64,000 nt of DNA, taken from contig JBEIDC010000005.1 of the NCBI GenBank assembly GCA_040383665.1, forward strand, positions 353 through 64,352. The letters are read 5' to 3'. Position numbers and translations under genes: made by a program. Positions within the stretch are counted from its first letter, which is position 1, and every line of letters starts with the position of its first letter. Shown one piece after another: positions 9,302 through 21,188 of this stretch. This DNA comes from Caulobacter sp. (GTDB lineage: Bacteria > Pseudomonadota > Alphaproteobacteria > Caulobacterales > Caulobacteraceae). Below the pieces are notes generated by a model. That model did not search any database, was not told where the DNA came from, and saw only the letters and a list, made by a program, of their open reading frames with translations.

Positions 9302-9975
9302 CCGAGACGCCAGAGACCCCCGAGAACAGGCGCCCCTTGAAGACCCGGTCCGCCGGCTGGGCCGGGGCGCTGGCCTCGGCGCTGGGCAAGGCCGGGGTCA
9401 GCCCGGACGCCATTTCCTTCGCCTCGGTCGCCATCGCCGTGCTCGGTGCGGCGGCCTTGGGCGTCAGCGGCAGCGTCGAGGGCGGCGGTCGTATCGCCTG
9501 GCTGCTGCTGGCGGCGGTCTGTATCCAGCTGCGGCTCCTGGCCAACATGCTCGACGGCATGGTGGCGGTGGAGCACGGCCGGGGCGGCCCGGCCGGGCCG
9601 ATCTGGAACGAGCTGCCCGACCGCATCGCCGACGGCCTGTTCCTGGTCGCGGCCGGATACAGCGTCGTCGCCTCCGGGCTCGACCACGGCGCCTGGCTGG
9701 GCTGGCTGACCACCGTGCTGGCGGTGCTGACCGCCTATGTCCGCGAGCTCGGCCGCGGTCTGGGCTTTCCCGCCGACTTCTCGGGCCCGATGGCCAAGCC
9801 GCACCGCATGTTCGCCCTGACCGTGGCCTGCCTGGTCTCGATGGCCGAACCGCTGTGGGGCTGGCGCGGCGAGACCCTGCTGATCGCGCTGGCGGTGATC
9901 GCGCTCGGTTGCGTGGTCACGGTCTGGCGGCGCACGGCGCGGCTGGCGAAGGGGTTGAGCGAGCGGGCAGGGTAA
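9298..9975 (+). CDS. CDP-alcohol phosphatidyltransferase, YnbA-like
   Basis: ANMLDGMVA...G..WNELPDRIAD matches the DxxDGxxA...GxxxDxxxD motif; RRPLKTR N-terminus. Confidence 0.9.
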   Translation: MTETPETPENRRPLKTRSAGWAGALASALGKAGVSPDAISFASVAIAVLGAAALGVSGSVEGGGRIAWLLLAAVCIQLRLLANMLDGMVAVEHGRGGPAGPIWNELPDRIADGLFLVAAGYSVVASGLDHGAWLGWLTTVLAVLTAYVRELGRGLGFPADFSGPMAKPHRMFALTVACLVSMAEPLWGWRGETLLIALAVIALGCVVTVWRRTARLAKGLSERAG

Positions 9976-9982
9976 TGGCTTT

Positions 9983-10153
9983 CCTCTCCCACTTGGGAGA
10001 GGGGACCAGCCGGAGGCTGGTGGAGAGGGACACGCCGCCGATCGTCGTGCGGGCGCAGCGTTCGACGCCATCTACTTCCCGGGCAGCCTTCAGCCGGAAG
10101 CGCTTCCCGCTCCACCATGCTCCGCATGGTCCCCCTCTCCCAAGAGGGAGAGG
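9983..10153. repeat. Gene-less copy of the cctctccc...gggagagg inverted-repeat element
   Basis: ~48-bp imperfect IRs at 9983-10030 and 10105-10153 between convergent stop codons. Confidence 0.85.
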
Positions 10154-10154
10154 A

Positions 10155-11315
10155 CTAGCGGCGCTTCGGACCCGAAGGCTTCCCGCCCGGTTTCGCACCA
10201 CCCGCCGGCGTCTTCGCATAGGGATTATCCACCCGGTCCCGCTGGGCCACCACCGGCCGCGCGGACTTCGGCGTCTCGACCCATTTCTTCTTCACGTCGC
10301 CGGGCTTCTTCGGGGTGCGCAGGCCGCCGGGCGGCTTGGGTTTGGCCTTGGCCCAGCCGGCCTTCTTCGGCTGGCGCTCGCCCTTCAGCTCTCCGGTCTC
10401 CTGGCCGGGGCGAGGGCCCTTGCGCTGGGGTTTGGGCGCGGTCGCCTCGTGCGGCGTGCCGCCGGCCTCGCCGGAGGGACGGCGACGACCCGGGCCGCGC
10501 GCGCCCTTGAACTGCACGGCGGCGCCCTTGGGCATGTTGTCCGCCGGAATGTAGTCGGCCAGCAGCTCGCGGATGACGCGGGGGCCGACCTCCTCGACCT
10601 CGCCGGCGCCCAGGTCGCCCAGCGAGAAGGGGCCGTAGCTCAGGCGCAGCAGGCGATTCACCTTCAGGCCGATGGACTCCAGCACACGTCGTACCTCGCG
10701 GTTCTTGCCCTCGGTCAGGGTGACGGTGATCCAGACGTTGCGCGCGCCGTCGCGGTCGCCGGTCGCCTTGTCCAGACGGGCGTCGATCGGGCCGTAGCGG
10801 ACGCCCTCGATGGTCACGCCATCCTTCAGCTTGTCGAGCCGCTCCTGGGTGGCGTAGCCGAAGGCCCGGGCGCGGTAGCGGCGGATCCAGCCGGTCTGCG
10901 GCAGCTCCAGCGCCCGCGACAGCTCCCCGTCGTTGGTCAGCAGCAGCAGGCCCTCGGACGCCAGGTCGAGGCGGCCGATGGAGATCACGCGCGGCAGCCC
11001 GTCGGGCAGGGCCTCGAACACTGTCGGCCGGCCCTGGGGGTCGTTGTGGCTGGTCAGCAACCCGACCGGCTTGTGATAGCGGAACAGCCGCACCGGCTCG
11101 GGACCGCCCACCACCTCGCCGTCGACCGTGACGATGTCGCCGGGCAGCACCTTGACGCCCGGCGTGGTCAGGGTCTGGCCGTTGATGGCCACGCGGCCGG
11201 CCTCGATCAGGCGCTCGACCTCGCGGCGCGAGGCGACGCCCGCCCGGGCCAGCACCTTGGCGACACGTTCGTGGTCGGAAGAATCGGAGGGGTCGGAAGA
11301 CGGTCCTGCGGGCAT
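10155..11315 (-). CDS. rluB: rRNA pseudouridine synthase (RluB/RsuA family)
   Basis: ERVAKVLARAGVASRRE S4 domain; GRLDLASEGLLLLTNDG; EGKNREVRR. Confidence 0.92.
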   Translation of the reverse strand: MPAGPSSDPSDSSDHERVAKVLARAGVASRREVERLIEAGRVAINGQTLTTPGVKVLPGDIVTVDGEVVGGPEPVRLFRYHKPVGLLTSHNDPQGRPTVFEALPDGLPRVISIGRLDLASEGLLLLTNDGELSRALELPQTGWIRRYRARAFGYATQERLDKLKDGVTIEGVRYGPIDARLDKATGDRDGARNVWITVTLTEGKNREVRRVLESIGLKVNRLLRLSYGPFSLGDLGAGEVEEVGPRVIRELLADYIPADNMPKGAAVQFKGARGPGRRRPSGEAGGTPHEATAPKPQRKGPRPGQETGELKGERQPKKAGWAKAKPKPPGGLRTPKKPGDVKKKWVETPKSARPVVAQRDRVDNPYAKTPAGGAKPGGKPSGPKRR

Positions 11316-11394
11316 CGGCCTGCTCCTCTGGAAGGATCATGTCGCCTCGCGGCGAGATGGGGTTCTATAAGCACAGATCGCCGGACTTCGCCAC

Positions 11395-11862
11395 GTGACG
11401 CCCCTTTCAGACACAGACGCCATGCGCCTGGCCCTCGAGGCCGCCCGCGCCGCCGCCGCGGCGGGCGAGACGCCCGTGGGCGCGGTGGTGCTCGACCCGG
11501 CGACGGGCGAGGTGCTGGCCGTGGCCGGCAACGGCCCCATCGGCGCCAACGATCCGACCGCCCATGCCGAGATCGCCGCCCTGCGGATCGCGGCGGCGAA
11601 GCTGGGCAACTACCGGCTGACCGGCCTGACCCTGGTGGTGACGCTGGAGCCCTGCGCCATGTGCGCCGGCGCCATCAGCCACGCCCGCATCGGCCGGGTG
11701 GTGTTCGGGGCCGACGACGCCAAGGGCGGCGCGGTGGTCCACGGCCCGCGCTTCTTCGAGCAGCCCACCTGCCACTGGCGCCCGGAGGTGACCGGCGGCG
11801 TGCTGGCGCAGGAGAGCGCCGACCTGCTGCGCGGCTTCTTCCGGGCGCGCCGGGGCAAATGA
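11395..11862 (+). CDS. tadA: tRNA adenosine deaminase TadA / nucleoside deaminase
   Basis: HAE and TLEPCAMC zinc motifs. Confidence 0.9.
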   Translation: MTPLSDTDAMRLALEAARAAAAAGETPVGAVVLDPATGEVLAVAGNGPIGANDPTAHAEIAALRIAAAKLGNYRLTGLTLVVTLEPCAMCAGAISHARIGRVVFGADDAKGGAVVHGPRFFEQPTCHWRPEVTGGVLAQESADLLRGFFRARRGK

Positions 11863-12638
11863 CGCCGCGCTATGCCGAGTTCGCGCCGAGAGCGGACCTC
11901 GCGCCTTGGGTGGCCTGCGTCTGGGTGTTCGAGGGTCGCGACCCGGACGAGGACCAGCGCATCGCGCCCGACGGCCGCTGCGAGCTGATCGTCCATCATG
12001 GCGAGCCTTATCTGGAGCGCGACGCAGCCGGCGCACTGGTCCGCCAGCCGCCGGTGCTGTTCGCGGGACAGCTGACCCGCCCGCTGCATCTGCGCGCCGA
12101 TGGCGAGGCGGGGGTGATCGGCGTGCGGTTCCACACATCGGGCGCCTACGCCTATCTCGGACAGTCCCTGGACGGTTTCACCGACACCCGCGTGGCGCTG
12201 GACCCCGGCGATCTGTCGGCGCCGGACGAGGCGGCGCGGCTCGACCGTATCCAGGACCATGTCGCCGCGCGGATCGCCGCACAGGGTGTCGCGCCTGATC
12301 CGGTCATCGACCGCTGCGTCGAGCGGCTCGAGGAAGGCGCCGGCGTCGAGACCCTCTGCCGTGAGACCGGCCTGACGCCGCGCACCCTGCAGCGACGCTT
12401 CGCCCGGCGTATCGGCGTCTCGCCGCGCATGCTGGGCTCCATCGTCCGCTTCCGCCGCGTGTTCGAGGCGCTGCGCGAGGCCGACGCCGAGACCTGGACG
12501 GAAGCGGCCCAGGCGGCGGGCTACTTCGACCATCCGCAGATGGCGCGGGACTTCCGCCGCTTCGTCGGCTGTACGCCTTCGCAGTTCGTGGCGGCCGCCC
12601 AGGGGTTGGCGGCCAGCCTGGTCGACCTGACGGCCTGA
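11859..12638 (+). CDS. AraC-family regulator (DUF6597 plus HTH)
   Basis: IAPDGRCELIVH; RTLQRRF...GVSP...GYFDHPQMARDFRRFVG; ATGA overlap with tadA. Confidence 0.88.
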   Translation: MTPRYAEFAPRADLAPWVACVWVFEGRDPDEDQRIAPDGRCELIVHHGEPYLERDAAGALVRQPPVLFAGQLTRPLHLRADGEAGVIGVRFHTSGAYAYLGQSLDGFTDTRVALDPGDLSAPDEAARLDRIQDHVAARIAAQGVAPDPVIDRCVERLEEGAGVETLCRETGLTPRTLQRRFARRIGVSPRMLGSIVRFRRVFEALREADAETWTEAAQAAGYFDHPQMARDFRRFVGCTPSQFVAAAQGLAASLVDLTA

Positions 12639-12708
12639 GCCTGTCGCATTCCTACAAGCGCCCTGTCGCACCGCCCGGCAGGGTCGCGGCTAGCAACAGG
12701 GGGATCCC

Positions 12709-13164
12709 ATGAAACGTCTTGCATCCATCGCTGCCGCGGTCGCCCTTTCCGGTGCGTCCGCCCTTGCCGCGGAGCCCGCCGCCGACCTGACGTGGATGGC
12801 CGGGTCCTGGCTTTACGTCGACGGCGCAAAGACCGTCCGCGAGACCTGGTCCGCACCCGTCGACGGGGCCCTGGGCGGCGTCGGCCAGACCAGCGAGGCG
12901 GGCAAGCCGGCTTCGTTCGAGTTCATGACCATCACGCCCGAGCCGGCCGGCGTGACCTTCACCGCCTACGTCAAGGGTCAGCCGGCGACGCCCTTCGTGC
13001 TGAAGCCCGGACCGGCCGGCGAGGCGACGTTCGAGAACCTCGCTCACGACTTCCCGCAGCGGATCATCTACCGCAAATGCGGCGACGACCTCTGCGCGCG
13101 CATCGAGGGGATGATGGACGGCAGGCTGGAAGGGATGGCCTGGCGCTACCGGCGGGTGAAGTAG
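12709..13164 (+). CDS. DUF6265-family secreted protein
   Basis: Signal peptide; LTWMAGSW and FENLAHDFPQRIIYR. Confidence 0.8.
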   Translation: MKRLASIAAAVALSGASALAAEPAADLTWMAGSWLYVDGAKTVRETWSAPVDGALGGVGQTSEAGKPASFEFMTITPEPAGVTFTAYVKGQPATPFVLKPGPAGEATFENLAHDFPQRIIYRKCGDDLCARIEGMMDGRLEGMAWRYRRVK

Positions 13165-13191
13165 GCGGCGGCTGATCCGTCCCATATCCTT

Positions 13192-13304
13192 CGTCATCCT
13201 CGGGTTCGTCCCGAGGATCCCTCGAAACGCTTCACCGTGAGAGCAGGATGATTTGCTCACGGGCGAGCCGAAACAGGCATCCTCGCCACAAGGGCGAGGA
13301 TGCC
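13192..13304. repeat. CGTC-tagged REP doublet (catcctcg...cgaggatg type)
   Basis: cgtcatcctcgggttcgtcccgaggatccc at 13192 and catcctcgccacaagggcgaggatg near 13278. Confidence 0.7.
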
Positions 13305-13345
13305 GGGGTTGGTTGAGAGTCCTGCCTGGACAGGCCCGCCGGCCT

Positions 13346-13936
13346 CTAGGCGAAGGTCTCCCGCAGGCGGAAGTCCAGACGGTCGCGCACCGCGGGCCAG
13401 TCGAAGTCGCAGATCGACAGCACGGCCGTGTCGCGGACATGGCCGGTCCAGGTGATCTTGTGGTTGCGCAAGGTGCCTTCCTTGGTGGCCCCGAGCTTGA
13501 GCACCGCCGCCTCGCTGCGGCCGTTGCGCTCGTCGATCATGAACTCCACCCGGATGGCGCCGGCGTCGAAGGCCTGGGCGAGCATCAGCCGCTTGGATTC
13601 CGGATTCACAGGACCGGAGCGCGCATCGGGATGCAGGAAGGTCGCGCCGACCTCGACGCCCTTGTGGATTCGGCGGATATTCAGGAAGCTGGAGGTGCCG
13701 ACCACCCGCTTGTCGCTCAGCCGGCGGATGGCGTATCCGATGCGCTCGCCGCGCCCGGTCTCGCCCTGCAGCGCGCCCCACCAGTCGGCGAAGCCCTCGC
13801 CGCAGCCGTTGACCGACATGATCTCCCAGGCCTCGGGGTCGCAGTCGACGGCGCCGCGCAGCTCCTCCTTGTGGTCGGCGGTGATCGGTTCCAGCCGCAC
13901 GTAGCGGCCCTTGAGGAGCTTGGGCTTGAGGTTCAT
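13346..13936 (-). CDS. GNAT family N-acetyltransferase (RimJ/RimL-like)
   Basis: GRYVRLEP, VEVGATF, NPESKRLML, VLKLGATKEGTLR. Confidence 0.88.
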   Translation of the reverse strand: MNLKPKLLKGRYVRLEPITADHKEELRGAVDCDPEAWEIMSVNGCGEGFADWWGALQGETGRGERIGYAIRRLSDKRVVGTSSFLNIRRIHKGVEVGATFLHPDARSGPVNPESKRLMLAQAFDAGAIRVEFMIDERNGRSEAAVLKLGATKEGTLRNHKITWTGHVRDTAVLSICDFDWPAVRDRLDFRLRETFA

Positions 13937-14054
13937 GGCCCCCACCTTGCCCAAGCCGGAAGCCGTTGGAAACAGCCTACGAAGAATTAATGTGGCGTCT
14001 CAGTAAATTTATGTCTTATATAAAAAATACAACACCTAATCTGGAGCGGCGACA

Positions 14055-14561
14055 ATGCCGTACGAAGCCTCTGACAAGTCTCTTCGCCGGCAGGCCATCT
14101 TCCTGCAGGCGGCGACGACCATCATCGTCATCGGGACCGTCCTCAACTACCTGCGCACCGGCGAGGTGATCCCCTTCCTGTTCTCGCTGTTCGAAGGCGG
14201 TCCTGGCCAGGCGGAGATCGACGGTCTCCTCAAGGGCCTGGCCCTGGCGTTGCCCAGCTTCTGCTACGCCGGCGCGGTGCTGGCGGCGGGCGGCATCTTC
14301 GGCCGGATCGCCAAGGGCGAGATCTTCAGCGCCCGCAACAGCGCGACCCTGGGCGCGGTCGGGGGCTGGCTTTCCGTCGGCGCGCTGATCGCGATGCTGG
14401 TGACGCCGGCCATCGTCGACTGGCTCGATCTGGGCGCGCTGCGGTTCCGGACCGAGCCGACGGACATGCTGATCGCGGTGATCGGCGGCCTGATCCAGAT
14501 GCTGGGCTTCGTCCATACCCGGGCGACCGCGCTGCGGTCCGAACTCGACCAGATCGTCTAG
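14055..14561 (+). CDS. DUF2975-family membrane protein
   Basis: FGRIAKGEIFS and C-terminal ATALRSELDQIV. Confidence 0.8.
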   Translation: MPYEASDKSLRRQAIFLQAATTIIVIGTVLNYLRTGEVIPFLFSLFEGGPGQAEIDGLLKGLALALPSFCYAGAVLAAGGIFGRIAKGEIFSARNSATLGAVGGWLSVGALIAMLVTPAIVDWLDLGALRFRTEPTDMLIAVIGGLIQMLGFVHTRATALRSELDQIV

Positions 14562-14572
14562 GGGGAAAGATC

Positions 14573-15091
14573 ATGTCCAACGCCAAGCTGACGGATCAGG
14601 CCAGGACCTTCGAGTTTATCGCCTGGTTTGCGGTGGCGACGCTGTCGCTACAGGCGCTCGCGTTCGTAAAGCTGCTCTTGCTGATCGGGCCGATCGCCGA
14701 CGCGATCCGGTTCGGCGATACGACCGGGCTGAGAGAGGTTTTGCCGCCGGTCCTGTCGCGGCTGGTCGATGTCCTTCCGGCGCTGATCTACCTCGGCGGC
14801 GTCCTGGCCGCGGCGAGGATTTTCGGACGGGTGGCCAGGGGCGATCTGTTCTCGAAGGCCAACTCCCAGGGGCTGGCCGACGTCGGATCATCCCTGCTGT
14901 GGGGCGCCGCCGCGAGTGCGTTGATCGTGCCGTGGATCAAGAGCTGGCTGGATGGAGAGTCCGGGTTCGGCGGCATCCGGATGGAGCCCGAGACCTGGAT
15001 CATCGCCGTGATCGGCGGGGCGATCCTGATCCTCGGCAAGATGATGGCCCAGGCCGGCCGCCTGAAGTCCGAGCTCGACGAGATCATCTGA
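14573..15091 (+). CDS. DUF2975-family membrane protein, second paralog
   Basis: FGRVARGDLFS and C-terminal AGRLKSELDEII. Confidence 0.8.
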   Translation: MSNAKLTDQARTFEFIAWFAVATLSLQALAFVKLLLLIGPIADAIRFGDTTGLREVLPPVLSRLVDVLPALIYLGGVLAAARIFGRVARGDLFSKANSQGLADVGSSLLWGAAASALIVPWIKSWLDGESGFGGIRMEPETWIIAVIGGAILILGKMMAQAGRLKSELDEII

Positions 15092-15094
15092 GAC

Positions 15095-15337
15095 GTGCCC
15101 GTCATCGTCACCCTCGACATTATGCTGGCCCGCCGCAAGATGAAGGCCCGGGACCTCGCCCAGCGCATCGGCCTGTCCGAGACCCAGCTTTCCCTGCTGC
15201 GCACCGGCAAGGTGCGGGGCATGCGATTCGACACCCTGTCCAAGCTCTGCGCGGTGCTGGAGTGCACGCCGGGCGAGCTGCTGGACTACAGCTACGACGC
15301 GGCGGACCTGTCGGCGGTCGAGGGAGAGGGCGACTGA
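15095..15337 (+). CDS. Cro/C1-type HTH regulator (YozG-like)
   Basis: LDIMLARRKM...LSLLRTGKVRGMRFDTLSKLCAVLECTPGELL. Confidence 0.9.
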   Translation: MPVIVTLDIMLARRKMKARDLAQRIGLSETQLSLLRTGKVRGMRFDTLSKLCAVLECTPGELLDYSYDAADLSAVEGEGD

Positions 15338-15441
15338 CGGTGCTTTATCGCACCGCACCCAAGGCCCTTCGCACTTGCCCCCAAGGCAAGCCGGGTGGTA
15401 CGGTCCTTCAAACAACCGTTTGAAACAAGGGCAGGGCCGCC

Positions 15442-16743
<1,302 letters not shown>

Positions 16744-16790
16744 ACAGAGACCAACCGGAACCGCTGAATCATACAACGGTCCGCGCAAGG

Positions 16791-16823
16791 AACCCCGCCG
16801 GTGGAAACGCCGGCGGGGTTTTC
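16791..16823 (+). terminator. Rho-independent terminator
   Basis: 11-bp stem aaccccgccgg/ccggcggggtt followed by T residues. Confidence 0.8.
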
Positions 16824-16969
16824 CGTTTTCCGGCGATCTCCCTTCCGCCGCTATGGAGGAAGGGGCGGGCGAAAGCCCCGCAGGCCCGCAGGATAACACC
16901 GGTACGCGGTATCGCTTGCGGGGCATCAGGATTCAGGTCTACCTTGAATTGAAACAAGGGAGATGCGAG

Positions 16970-17764
16970 ATGCTGCCGGACACCATCGCCACGGGCGCGT
17001 TCCTGCCCGCCCGCCTCAAGGCGGAGCTCGATTTCGCCGGCGATATCGCCCGGGGCGCCAGGGGCGTCCGCGCCAGGCGGGTGCAGGAACATCTTTCGCT
17101 GGCCGGCTTCGGTCTCGGCATCGACGCCGACTTTGGTCCCGCGACCCAGACCCAGGTTCGCAAGTTCCAGACGGCCCGGGGACTGCCCTCGACCGGCGTT
17201 GTCGACATGGCGACCTGGACGGCCCTGGTCTCGCCGATGATCGCCGCGATCGCGCCGATCGCGTCGGCCGGCCGGACGCTGTCGCAGATGGTCGAGGCCT
17301 TCGCCCGCCAGCATGTCGCCGCCCACCCGCGCGAGGCCGGGGGCGACAACCATGGCCCCTGGGTGCGCGCCTACCTCGGCTGGGACGGTGCAGGCGCCCG
17401 CTGGTGCGCGGGCTTCACCTGCTTCGCGCTCGAGCAGGCGGCGCATGCGCTGGGGATCAAGGCGCCGATCGCCTCCTCCGCCAGCTGCGACACCCTCGCC
17501 GACCGGGCGAAGGCCGCCGGCCGGTTCGTGGCGGGCAAGGCGGTGAACGCGGGAACCTGGCCCAAGTCGGACATCGCGCCGGGCAGCTTCTTCCTCGTCC
17601 GCGCCTCGCCGACCGACTGGGTCCATGTCGGCATCGTCAAGACCGCCGGCCCCGAGAGCTTCTCGACGCTGGAGGGCAACACCAACGACGAGGGCTCCTC
17701 GAACGGCTACGAGGCCGTCCACCGCCAGCGGCGATACGGGAAGATCGATTTCATCGTCTGGTGA
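16970..17764 (+). CDS. Peptidoglycan-binding domain plus CHAP amidase (endolysin-like)
   Basis: VQEHL...IDADFGPATQTQVRKFQ...GL..TGVVD; WCAGF, HVGIV, LEGNT. Confidence 0.85.
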   Translation: MLPDTIATGAFLPARLKAELDFAGDIARGARGVRARRVQEHLSLAGFGLGIDADFGPATQTQVRKFQTARGLPSTGVVDMATWTALVSPMIAAIAPIASAGRTLSQMVEAFARQHVAAHPREAGGDNHGPWVRAYLGWDGAGARWCAGFTCFALEQAAHALGIKAPIASSASCDTLADRAKAAGRFVAGKAVNAGTWPKSDIAPGSFFLVRASPTDWVHVGIVKTAGPESFSTLEGNTNDEGSSNGYEAVHRQRRYGKIDFIVW

Positions 17765-18184
17765 TCAGACCGTGACGGTCGGTCCGGCGATGACGCCGTT
17801 GCGCGACACCCACCAGGGCAGGGCCAGGGTCAGGGCCATCATCGCCTCGAAGGCCAGGGCCTGCAGCGCGCGGCCGTCGCCCGGCCCCTCGCGCAGGTTG
17901 TTGATCAGGCGGCCGACCAGCGCACCGCCCCAGGCCAACGCCAGGGCCAGGGCCATGTAGGCGCCGACAGCCGGGCTGTAGCCGAGCATGCCGGCCGTCC
18001 CCGCGTGCGACGCCAGCAGCATCCCGCCCAGCGCCCGGGCCTCGCCCGGTCCGTCCCGGCGCCCCGCGACCGCCATCAGGCCAGCGCCGGCCATCGCCGG
18101 CTCGGGGCGGACCAGCAGATAGCCGCCCATGGCCCCGGCCAGGCAGCAGGCGATCACGGCGAGGGGCAGGGCCAGTCCGTACAA
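17765..18184 (-). CDS. DUF4345-like membrane protein
   Basis: GEARALGG, ALVGRL, four hydrophobic segments. Confidence 0.6.
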   Translation of the reverse strand: MYGLALPLAVIACCLAGAMGGYLLVRPEPAMAGAGLMAVAGRRDGPGEARALGGMLLASHAGTAGMLGYSPAVGAYMALALALAWGGALVGRLINNLREGPGDGRALQALAFEAMMALTLALPWWVSRNGVIAGPTVTV

Positions 18185-18199
18185 GGCGGCAACTCCAGG

Positions 18200-18583
18200 T
18201 CAGGCGGGGGCGTGGCAGACAGCCTCGATGTTGTGGCCGTCCGGATCGAGCACGAAGGCCCCGTAGTAGGACGGATGGTAGTGCGCGCGCACCCCCGGTC
18301 CACCGTTATCGGTTCCGCCGGCCGCCAGGGCCGCGGCGTGGAAGGCGTCGACCTCGTCGCGGGTCTTCGCCGACAGGGCGATATGCAGCTTGCCGCGCGT
18401 GGCGTCCTGTTCGGCGATCCAGAAGAAGGGCCGGGTGTCGCCATAGCCGACGCTATGGACGCCGCCGGTGTGCTCGACCGGGACCTTGAAGAGCTGCCTC
18501 AGGCCCAGCGGGGCGAGCGCCTTGTCGTAGAAGGCGGTGGACCGGACGTAGTCCGACACGCCGAAAGTGATGTGGTCGATCAT
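18200..18583 (-). CDS. VOC/glyoxalase family protein
   Basis: MIDHITFGVSD, HIALSA, YYGAFVLDPDGHNIEAVC. Confidence 0.92.
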   Translation of the reverse strand: MIDHITFGVSDYVRSTAFYDKALAPLGLRQLFKVPVEHTGGVHSVGYGDTRPFFWIAEQDATRGKLHIALSAKTRDEVDAFHAAALAAGGTDNGGPGVRAHYHPSYYGAFVLDPDGHNIEAVCHAPA

Positions 18584-18643
18584 GGTCCATCTCCCGTCAG
18601 GCGGGGCCAGATTAGGATCAATCGGCAATCATCCCAACACGCT

Positions 18644-18765
18644 CGTCATGGCCCGACTTGTTCGGGCCAGCCATGCGTGGTGGCCGAGCCGTTGGCCGCC
18701 GATGGGCCGCGTTTTCTGGTGGTAGATCGTGTTCATGGGTGGCCCGAACAAGTCGGGCCATGACG
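18644..18765. repeat. CGTC-tagged REP doublet, family A, copy 2
   Basis: 32-bp IR pair; 18728-18765 is the exact reverse complement of 2706-2743. Confidence 0.92.
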
Positions 18766-18872
18766 CTACAGATTTGGTTGGCCCCGTTCGAAGACCAGCC
18801 TTTGCGGGCCTGAACTTCGCTTCGCCGAGCCGGGATGGCCCCTCGGCGGGAGCGCAGATCGACGGCGCAAGT

Positions 18873-18899
18873 CTTGACTCCGGAGGGGCGCATCCCTAC
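18873..18899 (+). promoter_or_regulatory. RpoH (sigma32) promoter of groESL
   Basis: CTTG-N17-CCCTAC matches the alphaproteobacterial RpoH consensus. Confidence 0.75.
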
Positions 18900-18912
18900 T
18901 TCCCGCCTGTCG

Positions 18913-18939
18913 TTGGCACTCGGGGTGGCGGACTGCTAA
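18913..18939 (+). promoter_or_regulatory. CIRCE (HrcA operator)
   Basis: TTGGCACTC-N9-GACTGCTAA versus consensus TTAGCACTC-N9-GAGTGCTAA. Confidence 0.9.
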
Positions 18940-18999
18940 CAGCGGCCTCCCGGCGTCGACACACCGTTCAGAACAACCGTTACCTACGGAGACGACCCG

Positions 19000-19290
19000 A
19001 TGAAGTTTCGTCCTCTTGGCGACCGCGTCCTTGTGAAGCGGGTCGAGGAAGAACAGAAGACCAAGGGCGGGATCATCATTCCCGATACCGCCAAGGAAAA
19101 GCCGCAGGAAGGCGAAGTGATCGCCGTCGGTCCCGGCGCCCGTGACGATGACGGCGACTACATCGCCCTCGACGTGAAGGCCGGCGACAAGATCCTGTTC
19201 GGCAAGTGGTCCGGCACCGAAGTGAAGGTGGATGGCCAGGACCTGCTGATCATGAAGGAAAGCGACATCCTGGGCGTGGTCGAGGGCTAA
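19000..19290 (+). CDS. groES: Co-chaperonin GroES
   Basis: [14 protein letters not shown]...[16 protein letters not shown]. Confidence 0.99.
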   Translation: MKFRPLGDRVLVKRVEEEQKTKGGIIIPDTAKEKPQEGEVIAVGPGARDDDGDYIALDVKAGDKILFGKWSGTEVKVDGQDLLIMKESDILGVVEG

Positions 19291-19421
19291 CTCGCCGCTC
19301 ATCCCGGCCGATGCCGGGACCCGGATACAGTCGCTGAACCAGCGCAATCAAACTGAACCTCTTCGCCCTTCGATCTGGACCCCGGCATTCGCCGGGGTGA
19401 ACGGATCAGGGAGAAACCTAG

Positions 19422-21083
<1,662 letters not shown>

Positions 21084-21188
21084 GAAGTCCATAAAGTCGC
21101 CCATCACCAAAGATGGTTGGATCGGCGCAGGCCGATCCAACGCGGCGACATGGTCGTCTAGTCCAGGTCACCAACTGACTGAGATTGA

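Noticed and set aside
16840-16924. c-di-GMP or c-di-AMP riboswitch
   Set aside because: GNRA hairpin present but conserved aptamer nucleotides could not be matched; kept only as an unassigned structure
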